DNA of 64,000 nucleotides from assembly GCF_006345805.1 (NCBI RefSeq), contig NC_043016.1:15686001-15750000 (forward strand), given 5' to 3'. The notes under the pieces are model-generated. The model was given only the letters and a program-made list of their open reading frames with translations. It made no database searches and had not been told where the DNA came from. Both the position numbers and the translations under genes were made by a program. The DNA comes from Octopus sinensis. Taxonomy: Eukaryota. Below are positions 1-13,538 of this stretch, piece after piece. How positions within the stretch are numbered: the stretch's first letter is position 1; each line of letters opens with the position of its first letter.

Positions 1-1210
1 TTTTCTATGGCCAAATGCCCTGCCTGAAGCTAACCCCCATTTGTTTCCAAATGAGGTAATAACAAACAGTCCAGATATGTTTTTTTTTTTTCAAGTGGAG
101 AACTGGAAACAAAGAGCATAAAAGGAACTTTTTATTTGCATAAATACAACATGTCAAGAGGTCAAGCCCTGTCCAGAAGTCACTACCATTGTTTACAAAC
201 CAACAAACTAAGGGAAAGCAAACATGTGCCTGTGCAAACTGGGTTCTGGAAGCGCTGTGTATTCCACCCACATGTAATCAATAAAATTCTTCACACACCC
301 AACCCCAATAAACCAAACTAAATCTCTTTTCATGCCCCATGCTTATCTCTCCCTCCCCCACTGTATCATTGCAATCCTGTTGTCTCCCCCCTCCTCTACA
401 TACCCAGTTTCACCAGTCACATTCCTCCACCATCTCTCTCTGTATTCATGTGAACTCCCTACTCATGCACCCATGGCAATACTCTACCATCCCTTTTATA
501 TTTTCATCCACCATCTCACACCCTTTCTCTCTTTTGCACTTTCACACTCATGCATTCTTTATTCTCTTTCTCTCTCTTTGACTGGGAGAAACAATGCATC
601 TCTACAGCCTGATTCTGTCCCTGTCACACTGACCTCATCATGTGGCACAAGGTCACTTCCTCCAATACTCCCCACTTTCAAACGATCTGTAAAGAGGATA
701 GCATTAGGAAAGGCATCCAGCCATAGAAACCATGTTAGAAAAACCAGATGCTGAATGACGATGATACACATACAAACACATGAAGGGCATCTTCAGTTTC
801 CATCTACCAAACCCAATCACAAGCCTGGGTTTATAATAGAAGACACTTGCCAAAAGTATCATGTGGTGGGGATGAGCCAAAATCTACTGGTTAGGAAGCA
901 AACTTTACACTCTCAGAAATTTGCTGCATTCAAAAACCATTCAAATTTATAGTTGCTAGTACTAAATATGAAGCTTACAAAATTTTGTTTTTATAATAAA
1001 AAAAAAGTGTAGAAGAAAAGACAAAATTCTAAAAAATCAAAATGCACTTTGTTAAAACTAGCAAATCTTTATCTAGTTATCATCAATAATGCCATAGCAA
1101 GATTTCTATCCTTTTAATTTAAATATGATTAGGTAAATCTGTCGTAGCCATGGGAAGGTTTTTTGGCATGTAATTTAAGAAGTGATGATCTGACCAAACC
1201 AAATACTAAC

Positions 1211-1377
1211 CTTCTTTCAATTTTGGGACAGACTTAAGCTTGTCATCTTGTTGAGTAATAAATAGCTTTTTGACACGTTTTAGAAGAGTTTCTTTACTGC
1301 ATGGCAGAAAGGCTGCTAAATAAGCATAAACTGATGTTCTTTGAGAACAGTTCAATACACGAGATCCCATTTCAAGC
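1211..1377 (-). CDS. UBN1: Ubinuclein coding exon 9 (middle domain); gene probably continues beyond the window start
   Basis: CATAG/GTTAGT borders, phase 2-1. LEMGSRVLNCSQRTSVYAYLAAFLPCSKETLLKRVKKL matches [27 protein letters not shown]. Confidence 0.94.
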
Positions 1378-1948
1378 CTATGGAAGTAACGAAAAGAAAA
1401 ACGAAATCATAGAATACCAACTGGATTACATTAAAAAAGTAAAAAAGCTAACTTAGAATGATGTAAAGAAAGACAATTTTGAAAGTGAAAATGCATTTTT
1501 AAAATGTCACTTCTATTGAAAATATAGAATATTTTCTGAAAACACACATTCTTAAAACTACAAAAGTTTTCAAAATATACTACTGATCATGTTTACATTA
1601 GTTAAAATACACTAAAGATCAAACAATAGCATATACAATTGTTCTAATACTAAATGCCATGGTTTCTATTACAAAACATTAATACCTCTTTTTGTATCAT
1701 TTTTGCAGTACAATTTATAAGTAATCAAACTGTTACATGTATCATAAAATGCTCCACAGTACAAAAACCATCTTTAGCCAATTGAGGTTAATGGATCACT
1801 TAGAGAAATAATAGATATTACCCAAGCATGAGGCACAAGCAATCCATAGACCCAAACTTTGGTAACACAACAGAGCTAATAACAATGCATTTTTTTTCAT
1901 TTTACACATATGTTAGGATAAACATCAGAAACTGATTTGTTCACTTAC

Positions 1949-2016
1949 TCTAATAGCATCTTGTTAATTTCACTTGTGAAAAATTTGGACTTTCTTTCCA
2001 TACAGTCAGCAGCTGC
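1949..2016 (-). CDS. UBN1: Ubinuclein coding exon 8 (middle domain)
   Basis: TTTTATAG/GTAAGT borders, phase 0-2. AAADCMERKSKFFTSEINKMLL matches [23 protein letters not shown]. Confidence 0.93.
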
Positions 2017-2142
2017 CTATAAAAATAGAAAAAATTTGCTGGATAAAATATTAAAATAAGTCCAAGATAATTGTTTACATGGTTACAGAAATGACTGGAT
2101 TTGTATAAAAACAATAAAATTTCAGATAAAGCAAATACTAAC

Positions 2143-2530
2143 TTGCTTGAGCTGGTAAATTATTTTTTCCATATGATCTGGAATTCCAGCAGTTAATTTG
2201 GGAATGCTTTCATTGTTATCAAATGACTTATCATTGTTATCTCGACTATCTGAATCTTCTTTGAAATTGTTAATATTTGATTTTTCTGTTGACCCAGGCT
2301 CCAACTCCAGAACTTCTTGACGTGCAACTGTAGAACTGGTTACAGTTGGTAGTGATCCTGCATAAGCTCCACTATTAGTTGAAGATTTCTCTTGAGACAG
2401 CACTCCAACTGGGGAAGTTTGGGAATAAATATTTCCGTTTGTTTCATCTATATGCCCATTATTTGAGGTAGATGATGAGGTAGAAACAGCATTTTTCAGA
2501 AGTTCTTTGACAGTAGAAGAAGATTTTTTC
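2143..2530 (-). CDS. UBN1: Ubinuclein coding exon 7 (Ser/Asn-rich linker)
   Basis: Within ORF 2122..2562. TTTAG acceptor, CAA/GTTAGT donor, phase 2-0. Ends IPKLTAGIPDHMEKIIYQLKQ, the start of the UBN middle domain. Confidence 0.88.
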
Positions 2531-2639
2531 CTAAATTTGGAGATAGAAAAAACATAATACAATAAGAAAAGTTTTTATTAAAAATATACTTTAAAAAAGA
2601 AAAAGACAATGTTATTATAACTAGTTGTTCAGTTGATTA

Positions 2640-3396
2640 CCCAACATGCCAAATATCAGCTAAATGTAAATATCAAGATATTTTCAAATACTTAGTTTTC
2701 AACATAATTCTAGAGAGATATGGATCACCATACCTTACATCAGGACTTCAGTAGTTCCACAGTCAAAGAAGCTGCTTGATACCAAACATAATGTTTATGG
2801 TAAAAAAAGCTCACATTTCCACAGTATCGGATAGTTGCCATAGTGGATTGCATCTTCCACAAATAGAAATCATTCATTGAGCATATTTATTCATTTCCTG
2901 TGTGACACTTTCAAAAAAACTTTCTGGTAAAAATAAGAATAAATAGTCCAACGGTTGAGCATCAGAAGGTAGACTGTGTTGTGGACCAGTCTTTTCTGTG
3001 AAATCAGGAATTGTAGTTGACGTAATTTTCAACTGTGTAGTCATGTTTTAATTATCATTTTTACCACTTTCATTATCAAAATCTCCTTCCTTGACCAACA
3101 AAAATTCAATAACATCAATATCAGATTCTTCTGAAGACAAATCAGTGGTTTTCTTTTACATTTTGTAAAACTTTCAAAGTCGGAATCACTACCTGCTGAC
3201 ACCACATTGATAAATGCTAATATATAAACTTCTCTTCAAACGTTGAAAAAAAACCATGTGGTCTCAAAAATTTCACGGTATTTGTACTTGAATAAAAGCA
3301 GGAAAGGCTTTATCTCAAACTATCTCAGAGCTACAAGAATTCAATGTGATTTTATTTGTTTTTCAGCCGATTTTGGCCAGACTGAATACTAAAGGG
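2640..3396 (-). mobile_element. Truncated piggyBac transposon remnant in UBN intron 6
   Basis: Terminus TTAA|CCCTTTAGTATTCAG on minus (TTAA at 3397-3400). Minus-strand peptide DFTEKTGPQHSLPSDAQPLDYLFLFLPESFFESVTQEMNKYA is typical of a PGBD-like transposase N-terminus. Left boundary approximate. Confidence 0.7.
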
Positions 3397-3576
3397 TTAA
3401 ATATAAATTAAAGTCAGGTTTGAAATGGAGTTGCATTTTTTGGTTCAACAGAAAATGGCATTTTTTTAAAACCTCATGAAACACAAGGTAAGTCGCAAAT
3501 TTTGCCAAGGGTTTTAGCAATAAAATGGTACATGCAGTACAACAAAAGATCATATCCTGAAAAACTGTTTCATTAC

Positions 3577-3680
3577 CTCAAAATTTCTTTACTTGTTGGT
3601 TTCCTTGGTTTCTTGAATTCTTTTTCTCCAGACACTTTTTTCTTTACTTCATTATTAGCTCCTTCTTTTATTTTATTTAT
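3577..3680 (-). CDS. UBN1: Ubinuclein coding exon 6
   Basis: TTGCAG acceptor, AG/GTAATG donor, phase 0-2. Lys-rich INKIKEGANNEVKKKVSGEKEFKKPRKPTSKEIL. Phase matches exon 7. Confidence 0.78.
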
Positions 3681-5601
3681 CTGCAAGATAATAAAAATAG
3701 AGAAAAATGTCTCTTGTAAAATAAGTTGAATTGTAGAAATTTAAAGATAAAAATACTTTAAAAAAAAAACAAACAAATAACAAAACAAATTTCGTTTGAT
3801 TGTTTTAAGATGGGGATGTTTATTGAAATTTTTTAAAAAAATATTTAAAATTATGAAAATTGTTGACAAATTTGCTTTTTATATACTAAAATATATTTCA
3901 AAATACGTTAAAATGAAGATACTGTTGAACTTAATTTAAAATGGAATTTACAATGAGAAATATTTGGAGAAATTAAACATCCATAAGTGTTGAAAATATT
4001 TAAAATGAAATGCAAGATAAAAAAAGAAGGGGAAAGCAGAATAAAAGTTTCAATGAAATGATCTGCATTAAAATACATAAAACTTATTGACTGATTTCCA
4101 CAACATTTGATGTTTTGAAATCCTTGATCCAAAATATATCACAAAAATAAAGCGAATGATAAGTTTGAATATTTGAAGAGCTAAACTATGCATAGATTTC
4201 AACCTAACATTTTTTGTTTGCATAAAATCAAAAATGAATTTGACCACCAGGTAACTTTTGAATATTTTTCTAAGGAGGATAACCAATAGTAAACAAACAA
4301 CTATAAAATAGCAAGAGCAACTAGTTTTAAATCGGCTTCCTTAGGGAAAGAAGGTAGTGACTTATAAGTACTATGATAAACAAAGAGCTACATAATGCAG
4401 AAAACTAAGATAAAAGATTAAAATGCCATAAAAACTCAATCTTTTGGGTCATTTTCATTTCCTTTAAAAAGTTTCAAAGAAATGAAGAAAAATTGGCAAA
4501 AGGCAACATTTTAAATCAAGATTTGGCATTAATGAGATATATATATATACAAATGAAAACACTGGAACAATTTCAGGAGAATGTTTTAGATCATTTCTAT
4601 CATAAATTTTTAAACAATGGAACTAGCACAGATTAGATTTTAACAATAACATTATATAAAACAAAATACTTCTTCAAAAGTACAATGGTTTGAAAATCAC
4701 ATTGAGAAACTCACTGAAGATCATAAACATCAAATGTGAACACTAGTTATTTGATGAAAATCTAATGGTCTACCAACTGAGCAGTGTGTGGTCCCTTAAC
4801 TGCTAGAAATAGCAACTAAATCTCAAATTACATCGTAACATCTTAAAAAAAAAAGATGTGATGGTCACAACCAAAAGACCTTTGATCATGGGTTTGCTCT
4901 TTGAGGGCTGACTAGGGGATACACAACAACTAATTATTTTACCAGAGAAGTATTTTTTTAATAAATGCAAAAAGAATTTTGAATATATGCCACTAATAAC
5001 CAAAACACCCAGTTTTTGAAGTTTATCAAAGTTTGGAGGGATCAAATTTCACAAAATAAAATAAGATAATAAAAAATAAAAATTTACAAACAAAGAATAG
5101 CAGCAGAGAAAAAAATGTTGGTAGATGACAACAAGGAACTGATACTTGCCATTTTTTTTTTTTTTCAATTTTTTTCAGCATTATTTATAGATAACAAAAT
5201 GCAAGACAAAGCAAGAAGACAGAAAGAGATAAAGACAAAAATATATGCAATGAATGCCAATAGGAGCCAAAAATGGAAAAAGATGACAGCGATTAATTAG
5301 TAAGAATTGATTATGAAATCAATTGCTGATAAAAAAATTTTATTTACAATATGTGAAACCTTATTTGTTTATAAAACAAATACATGAAATGAATTTTTGT
5401 TCAATCACTGTCATCTTTGTTTGAAATAAATGTCATCAAACCAAAATGCTTTATAAAAATGGCTCGATATAGTCCAGGTTCATTGAAAAACTATAATGGT
5501 GATGCATTCTAATTTGTAAAGTCAGTACAACAGTTCATAAGCTGAACAATTTATAGTCAGCCATAGATAAGTTTATCTTCAGCAGTGTAGTCAATGCTTA
5601 C

Positions 5602-5658
5602 TTCTGGAACTTTCTTCTTGACCTCACCATCTGATTCGGGATCGGAAGTTATTATTCT
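5602..5658 (-). CDS. UBN1: Ubinuclein coding exon 5 (57 nt)
   Basis: TTTTCAG acceptor after a long pyrimidine tract, GTAAGC donor, phase 0-0. Encodes RIITSDPESDGEVKKKVPE. Low-conservation region, so supported by splice signals and frame only. Confidence 0.75.
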
Positions 5659-6736
5659 CTGAAAATAAAATTAAGAAAAAGAAAGAAAAAGAGAAACTTG
5701 TAATTAAACCTGTTTATATTTTACAATTAAATTTCCTACACTAACAAGAATAAGGTAGTTTTTTTTTTTCTTTCTTTCAGATTTAACTGATGGAACCTTC
5801 TCCCTGCTAACCAAAGAAAGTTACTTGCCAGCCTATGACACAAACTATAGCTCACATAATAAATAAGATAGCTACAGAACAGGTTTCCTAAGGAGTTGAA
5901 TCAGCTTACATGAAACAGTAAATAAAAATGTGATTTCACATTCATTATGGCTTCAGATTTAAGCATTTTGAATAAATTTCTAATATAAAATATATTTCCC
6001 AATTCAAAATTAAGCTTTGTTTGAGAAAATTAACCAAGTCAAAGCCAAAACACACATATATTTTCTAATGAAGCAACTCTCTCATCACCTGGTTCAAGTC
6101 CTATGATATATGAAATGAAATGTAAAAAATGCATTTAACCAGTAAGTCATCACTGTTCTAATATTCACTTTCCCATGCTTGCACGGGTCGGACTGACTTT
6201 ATTGAAGCGAATTTCCTATGACCAGGTGCCTTTCCTTTTGTGAACTATCACCTGTCTCAAAGCAAGATAATACTGCAAGCCTTCTAGCCTGTCACAATTA
6301 GCAGTATGATGTGAGGATCTGTTGCTCCAAATTATGGAGACTTGTAGCTCTAAATAAAACGGCAGAGAAGGCAACTTATCTAGCAGAGCAGTAACTCTGA
6401 ATAAAAAATGATACAGTGTAAGCAGCATAATAAAATGAATTCAGTTTATTAAGTGATTAGGGGTGGGATATCCAACTGTTAAACATGCTAAAAATAAAAT
6501 ATACACAAAACAGGTAACTTTAAGACAAGGAATTTTTGACACTGAAGGAAGTGATCTTGTGTCAGATGATGAAAGGTTAGTGTGTGACAGAGGGACAGAA
6601 ACAGGTGTGTTGTTATAGAGGAAGCACATGGTTACCTGGTCAGAGAGAGAGAGAAAGAGAGGAAGGGCGTGAGAGAAAAAGAAAGAGGTAACAAGGACAG
6701 AAACAAGTGTGCTGCTGTAGAGATACATGGATACTC

Positions 6737-6770
<34 letters not shown>

Positions 6771-9300
6771 ATATGAAGGTGGAGAAACCAGGAGTGACTG
6801 AGCAATGAGCAATAGGGACATGAGTGCTAGAGACATGAGAGAGAGAGAGAGAGAGAGATGAGAAGCTACCAAAGAGGCCAAAGAAATACACTTGATATTA
6901 TGTAAACAGATACAAAAAGCCAAAAATACATGCAAATCTATGCATGCATGTACCACCATCCTGTATATGCACACATGCATACAGAAAGAGTTAAATTTTC
7001 CTGAAAAATAAATTCTACTTTCTATAAAAAGAACAATGGATAATATAATCCATATTACACAAGAAAACTAATGGGCAGTCAATCAGCAATGTCTTCAGTA
7101 GTGTTCCCTTGCTGCTGTCCATTTGCACATGCACACATAATTTACAATGACCACATCATCATCATTTAACGTCTGTTTTCTATGCTGGCATGGGTTGGAT
7201 GGTTTGACAGAAGCTGGCAAGTCAGAAGACTACACCTGTCTGTTTTGAAAGGGTTTCTACAGGTGGATACCCTTCCTAACACCATCCACAGAGTGTGCCG
7301 GTTTCCTTTTATGTGGCATGAGCAGCAGTGAGTTCACCAAGTAATTTGCAGGACAAGACCCCTCACGTAGGGGTGAGTAGTACTGAGGGAGAGTAAAGAC
7401 ATCTTGAAATAGAAGTGAGACGTGGCTTCCTCAGATGCAGGAGAGGAAAATGGTGAAGATGCAACAGGGATAGGGCAGGGGGCTACAGAGTGGTGTATAT
7501 AGTGGAATAGACCAAGGATTAGAGAGGGTTGTTAGATGGATGAGTTCCCAGCATTTCAAAAGGAGAGTAGGAGCTGGCAAAGAGAGGGAATGATGGGAGA
7601 AAATGTGCAAACGTGTTTTCAAAATGAAATCAAAAGAAATTAGAGACATGGTGACTTGCACTGATGCATACCTTCTTTACAAAGAAAGAGAAAATTTGCT
7701 CACAAGCAAATTTATGAACACACTAACAACCAAAAATTAGAACACAAGAAAAACAAGAAAACTCCAATTGTAATCATTTTGCTTATTTAAATACATCACT
7801 TAGGAAATTGAGCATTTCCCTCACTTCACTTTCACCTTAAAAAGTGGAAGTAATCATTGATAATAAGGTCCAATGAAATAACTGTAATATGAGGGGAAAA
7901 AGTTGATAAAATGCTTCATTGTCTGCTTATCCATATTTACATGAGACAAATTCACAATTACCTTTGGTCATTTGTTATTTCATTATGAGGCCCAGTACTT
8001 AGTATCATTTCTTTCATAAGTATAATCTACTAAAAGTACTCAACATATATTTCTTGGCACTCCTCATCCATTCTCATTACATCACCATCTCACCTGCTTT
8101 TTATTATATATCCAACTGATGTGCACCTATTGGATTTCTTTCCAGTCTCTGCACATTTGGTATACAAAGCCTATAGTCCATGTCCTCAATGATGAGGCAA
8201 AACATAGTTCTTAAAATGTTTCACACAATTTTGAGTTTTGTATAATTAACTTTTTAATTAGCAAAAAAGGCAACAACTTCCTGAAACTTTCCCCTACCCT
8301 GCCTAACTCCAACAACTATACTTTCGTTTCAGTTACTTTCATTGCTAACATAACAAAATTAAAATAAATTATCAACTACATCTAGTGGATTTTATTCAAA
8401 GAGTCTCTCTCTGATATTAACTTGGAACTTTTGGTACAACTACCAAGCCTCGGGTTCTGGTTCTTTGTTAGGCAACTTAAAGCACCTTTTGTATTACCTA
8501 CTGTTTGCACAGAGTTTACAGGAACTGATTCTTTAATAAATATTGTTATAAATTCATGCTTTCTCTTTCTTACTAACCATCACTCTGATACTTGATATGT
8601 TGAGCTTTCAACCAATGGATTCATTTCAAACCAGTGCTTCAGGAGAGGGGCAGGATTGAAAAGGGCCTAGAAAAATTGCCTTAAAAAAAAAATTAATATG
8701 ATTTTTTTCAACTTTTTAACCTTGTGCAATGCCATGGTAAAGAAAGGAGACATATATGGATGCAAACTAATTTTCTTATCTTTAAGACAGAGTGGGAGCA
8801 ACTGTGTGTCCATTTGAGAATCCCTATTCTAAACCACTTCTAAAGGTTTAGAAATTTACCACAAACCTTTAACAATTAAAATCATCAACAACCACCTTAG
8901 AGTTTCCAACTGAAAGCCTTTGAAAACTTTTGTACACTTGTCAGTGTGGGATTCCTTGATAAGCTGCAAAATAAGTACTAAATCTACAAGATTTATAGTC
9001 CAAAGGACTATAAATTAATGTATACCAAAAAGGAATGTACATGTCAACAGAAGGCACACTTTTAGTGAAGTGATTGTAAAACTTAATAAGGGAGTAGGTA
9101 CAATTTCAATAATGAGTACTCAGAAAACATATAGGGTTTAAAATGCAATGGTACAATCATCAATAGACTGCTTTGTGAGAATCTAAAAGGGGTAAAGCCC
9201 ACACAAGACAGACATGCATGCACAGACAAGTGTCTTTAAGATGTAATCAGGAATTAACTGCTAAGAACAATAACAATAATAATAGATTTAAAGAAATTAC

Positions 9301-9444
9301 CTTCGTCTTTTTCCTCTTTTTCAAAGGGGAACTTACATATTCATCACTAGAATCATCGGATACATCTCTAAAATCCAGAACACCTGAGTTGATGTAGAAT
9401 CCACCCAGTTTAGTAGTGAGGCAGGCAGGCACCAACTCATCATA
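9301..9444 (-). CDS. UBN1: Ubinuclein coding exon 4 (HUN/HRD second part plus basic NLS-like stretch)
   Basis: T-rich TAG acceptor, AAG/GTAATT donor, 144 nt, phase 0-0. [48 protein letters not shown] matches [26 protein letters not shown]. Confidence 0.95.
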
Positions 9445-10660
9445 CTAAAAAAAAAAGGGGGAAAAAAGGATCAGAATATTTTGCATATTTAAAAAAAAAT
9501 AAAATAAATATTTTGTGCTGCAAACCACTTTAACAGAATAGGGTCCTAGCCAAGCAACATGGTGCTAACATTGCACAAATAGTCCAGTGCAAAAGAGCTA
9601 GGTGATAGGTCAAGAAAGAGTGGAAGTGACAGCAAGGACTGACGTTACTTGTGCAATGTCTTCGGGATAGCAAAAAGACAAAAAAGCATGTAAAAGCCAG
9701 AAAGAGAGGGAAAAGTCTGGGAAGTGAAGCATAAAACCAGCAGAAGGACTAGCAACTGATATTAGCTTGAGTATGGCTTGTAAGATTATATAAGAAAGAT
9801 GGGGAAAGCAGCATATTCATTAGAGACAACAGCTGAGGTGCTGATGGTTTCACTTGTTTTATATTATGTTAACTGTCTCCTGTACATGATGAAAGATGTA
9901 GAATACTTTTTAGCCTTTATTAAATATTGTTTTGACATTCAGTATCAAATAGGTTAAACGCCCCACCCCACCCCCACCCCTGCTTTCATGGATTTCCATG
10001 ATTCTGTCACCATCCAATTCCATTATTATGAATTTGAATTGGGAGCTTGAGTCATAGTGGATCTTTCATTAGCTGATTCCACAACCATGGACCATTCCAT
10101 CCCTGTGGATGTGTTGCAGTTACTCTCTTGATACAGCTTCGTCATCCTGACCGTTGATCTTCCAGGCTTCTTCCACTCAGCATCAATGCAAGAAGCACCA
10201 TTGACTCAGCTGAACTCTTGTTACCTCTTCACAATCTGACATATGTCTTTGCCACATCCCTGGCAGATTGGCTGAATGGGTCCCATGCCTTGTGAAAGGG
10301 CAGCCCATGGTTGTCACTCCATGAGGTATTTTCAAAATCCCGCATACTCGGAAGTTAAAACTTAGGTATTATACCATCCACTTCAAGAACTATGTTAAAG
10401 AAATATGATGCAGGAAGCATTAAATAACAAAGAAAACTTCCTAAGCTGCATTCAAAAAGTAGTATTAGTGACAGCGCACAATGTCTGTGTACAATTCATT
10501 CTAGGTTCTTCAGACTGCTAGCAACTCCCCCACCCCATAGACGCTTAGTAACTTTCCTGTTACTACATCAGTGAGTGAAAATTAAATTGTTGAAGATAGT
10601 CATAAGATCATAATATTGGTCAATGACTAATATTTTTTTCATTGCTATATAATTATTTCT

Positions 10661-12003
10661 AAAGCAAGAATTAGAATCAAAGGGCCTTAGAGTCAACCTA
10701 GCTAAAACCAAAGTTCTAATAAGTAGGAAGGTAGACAAATCACAAACACCCTCAGGTAGATGGCCCTGCTCGATCTGTAGAAAAGGCATAGGTAGAAACT
10801 CTATAAGATGCACCAAATGTAAGCTATGGACACATAAGAGGTGCAGCAACGTCAAAGGAAGGCTAACTAGAAAAATAGTTTTTGTATGTAGCAGATGCTC
10901 GGGAGTAATAAACACTGAAAATACGCAGAGACCATCTTCCGCCACATTCCAGGGAGAAAAACTAGAAATAGTTGATAGCTTTCGTTACCTAGGTGACTAA
11001 GTCAGTAGCGGGGGTGGGTGTGCTGAAAGTGTAACTACTAGAGTAATAGCCTGGGCAAAGTTCAGAGAGCTCTTACCTCTGCTGGTGACAAAAGGCCGCT
11101 CGCTCAGAGTAAAAGGTAGATTGTATGACGCATGTGTACGAACAGCCACGCTACATGGTAGTGAAACATGGGTCGTAACTGCTGAGGATATGCGTAAGCT
11201 CGCGAGAAATGAAGCCAGCATGCTCCGATAGATGTGTAATGTCAGTGTTCATACTCGACAGAGTGTAAGTACTTTGAGAGAAAAGCTGGACCTAAGAAGC
11301 ATCAGTAGTGGTGTGCAAGAGAGGCGTTTGCGCTGGTATGGTCATGTGGCGAGAATGGATGAAGATAGTTGTATGAAAAAGTGCCACACCCTCGCGGTTG
11401 AGGGAACCTGTGGAAGAGGTAGACCCAGGAAAAACTGGGACGAGGTGGTGAAGCACGACCTTCAAACTTTAGGTCTCACCGAGGAAATGACTACAGACCG
11501 ACACCTATGGAAGCATGCTGTGCGTGAGAAGACCCGGCAGGACAAGTGAGGCCATAATCCTGTGGCCTACACCTGGGGTGTAGCCAGCCCACTTATGCAT
11601 TCCTTTCCTTCTTGGGACACAAAACTCTACTTGTGAAGACCTGTTGAGGCAAGTGAAAATCGAAATCGTAATCTATCAACATCAATGGAATTTGTAGCTG
11701 TGGTACCAGTGCCGGTGGCACGTAAGAGAGTCATCCGAACGTAGCCGTAGCCAGCGCCGCCTAACTGGCCTCCGTGCCAGTGGCACGTAAAAAACACCAT
11801 CCAATTGTGGCCGCTTGCCAGCCTCGTCTGGCACGTAAAACGCACCCACTACACTCACGGAGTGGTTGGCGTTAGGAAGGGCATCCAGCTGTAGAAACAC
11901 TGCCAGATCAGACTGGGCCTGGTGCAGCCTTCTGGCTTCCCAGACCCCAGTTGAACCGTCTAACCCATGCCAGCATGGAAAGCGGACGTTAAATGATGAT
12001 GAT
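10661..12003 (+). mobile_element. 5'-truncated RTE-clade LINE (RT C-terminus, 3'UTR, (GAT)n tail)
   Basis: GLRVNLAKTKVL, LEIVDSFRYLG, LHGSETW, RRLRWYGHVARM and GRGRPRKNW motifs, with in-frame stops. The 3'UTR is shared with many copies in the window and ends in GATGATGAT. Confidence 0.92.
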
Positions 12004-12073
12004 ATTTAGTCTTCCAGATTGAGAATAAAATATAAACATTTGTATCTCTTACATTCTATCTAAAATGCAATTA

Positions 12074-12292
12074 AACCTTTTAGCATTTAATCCATCCACA
12101 TCTGGCCCGAATATTCTACCTGTTCTATGTTCAAAGTGACCAGATCCAGCCTCTCACACCTGCTTTACAATGTCAGTTACATATTATCAAAATCTCAAAG
12201 CTATGAGATAATGCATGACTAATTCAAAACAATGTGAATAAATAAGAAGCATTACATCTAACACAACAGAAATTTGAATGGTAAAGGTTTAA
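12074..12292. mobile_element. Non-autonomous piggyBac-like MITE
   Basis: TTAAACCTTTTAGCATTTAA...TTTGAATGGTAAAGGTTTAA imperfect terminal inverted repeats with TTAA flanks. Confidence 0.55.
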
Positions 12293-13427
12293 GGTATTTC
12301 TGTAACATCAGTTTCTGCTTGTAACACTGTTTCGTATTTAATAACAAGGCCAAAAAAACTATGAACCTATGAAGTTAATATAGCTCCAATATACTGATAT
12401 GGTAAAGATGCTTAACTGTGTCCCTCCCTCTGATAATAAGCTCAATGTGGAGGTGCAATACACTGCCATAAGTAACAAATACTGAATAGACAATATTTCC
12501 TTGGGTTGCCAACTTTGAATTGCCTAATTGCTCCAATCTATATTCATCTCAGTAGAGGGATCTTATTTTGTGGTTACTTAGTGACCCTGCCAGTTGGTGC
12601 TGGTGCCACATAAAAAGCACCCAGTACAGATGTTAAGTGGTTGGCACTAGGAAGAACATCCAGCCATTGAAGCCATACCAAAGCAGATGCAGAACGTGGC
12701 AGAACCTTTTGGCTCATCTGTTCTGGTCAAACAATGCAACCCATGCAGAAAAGGATGTTAGATAATGACGATGATAATGAATGTCAAGTCTCTATAAAAT
12801 CATTAAATGAATAAGCCTTTAGTGGCATACCAAAATTCCAATTAAGTCAAAATGACCATAATGTTCATGACAAAAGAGAAATATTCACAGTACCAACAGT
12901 TAACTGATACAGAAATAAGGTTCAGATCACTTTAAATATAATTCCACAATGACTATTTAGATTGCTTCAAGATTAATTTTATATGCCATCCTTCAAAAGA
13001 GTAAACTGATATGATGAAGAAGATAATGAGTTGAGCCATGACCTCATGAACTGAGTTCAAATCCACTTAGGTATTTCTTTCCCTATGATTCTAAATATCT
13101 CTGCTCTCTTCTACAGAATATTAACACTGTTGACTCTAAAACAGAGACATTTATGAGTACCTGAGGTTTACAGAAATATTCATTGTTTTTTATTGTATCC
13201 TTATTTCCTTTAACAAAATCAGTATCATCTAATGCACCAATGTTGTATAAAAAAATTCCCTATAAGTAAGTAGATTAAATTAATAGAAAAATCCATTTTT
13301 CTGGTAATATATTAATTAATTTGAAATCTATTGCAAAACGAAGTCAGTATAATGAGATTACTTGATCTAAAAAATATCTAAAGTATATTTTAATAATTAA
13401 TCGAGTTATTCAGAGAAAAATACTCAC

Positions 13428-13538
13428 TGCTTCAGAATTATCCACAAAGGGATCGGTTTCATCATAACCTTCACCAAGATCAACTAAATCTTGGATAGCA
13501 TCTAGCCGTTTACTTTGAGGTTTATTGTGCTTGGGTCC
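13428..13538 (-). CDS. UBN1: Ubinuclein coding exon 3 (HUN/HRD domain, first part)
   Basis: TTTTCAG/GTGAGT borders, 111 nt, phase 0-0. [37 protein letters not shown] matches [23 protein letters not shown]. Confidence 0.96.

Noticed and set aside
1-1200. Further UBN exon downstream of exon 9
   Set aside because: No phase-1 acceptor followed by an AIxxxMPEQ-like peptide was found; the next exon probably lies outside the window.
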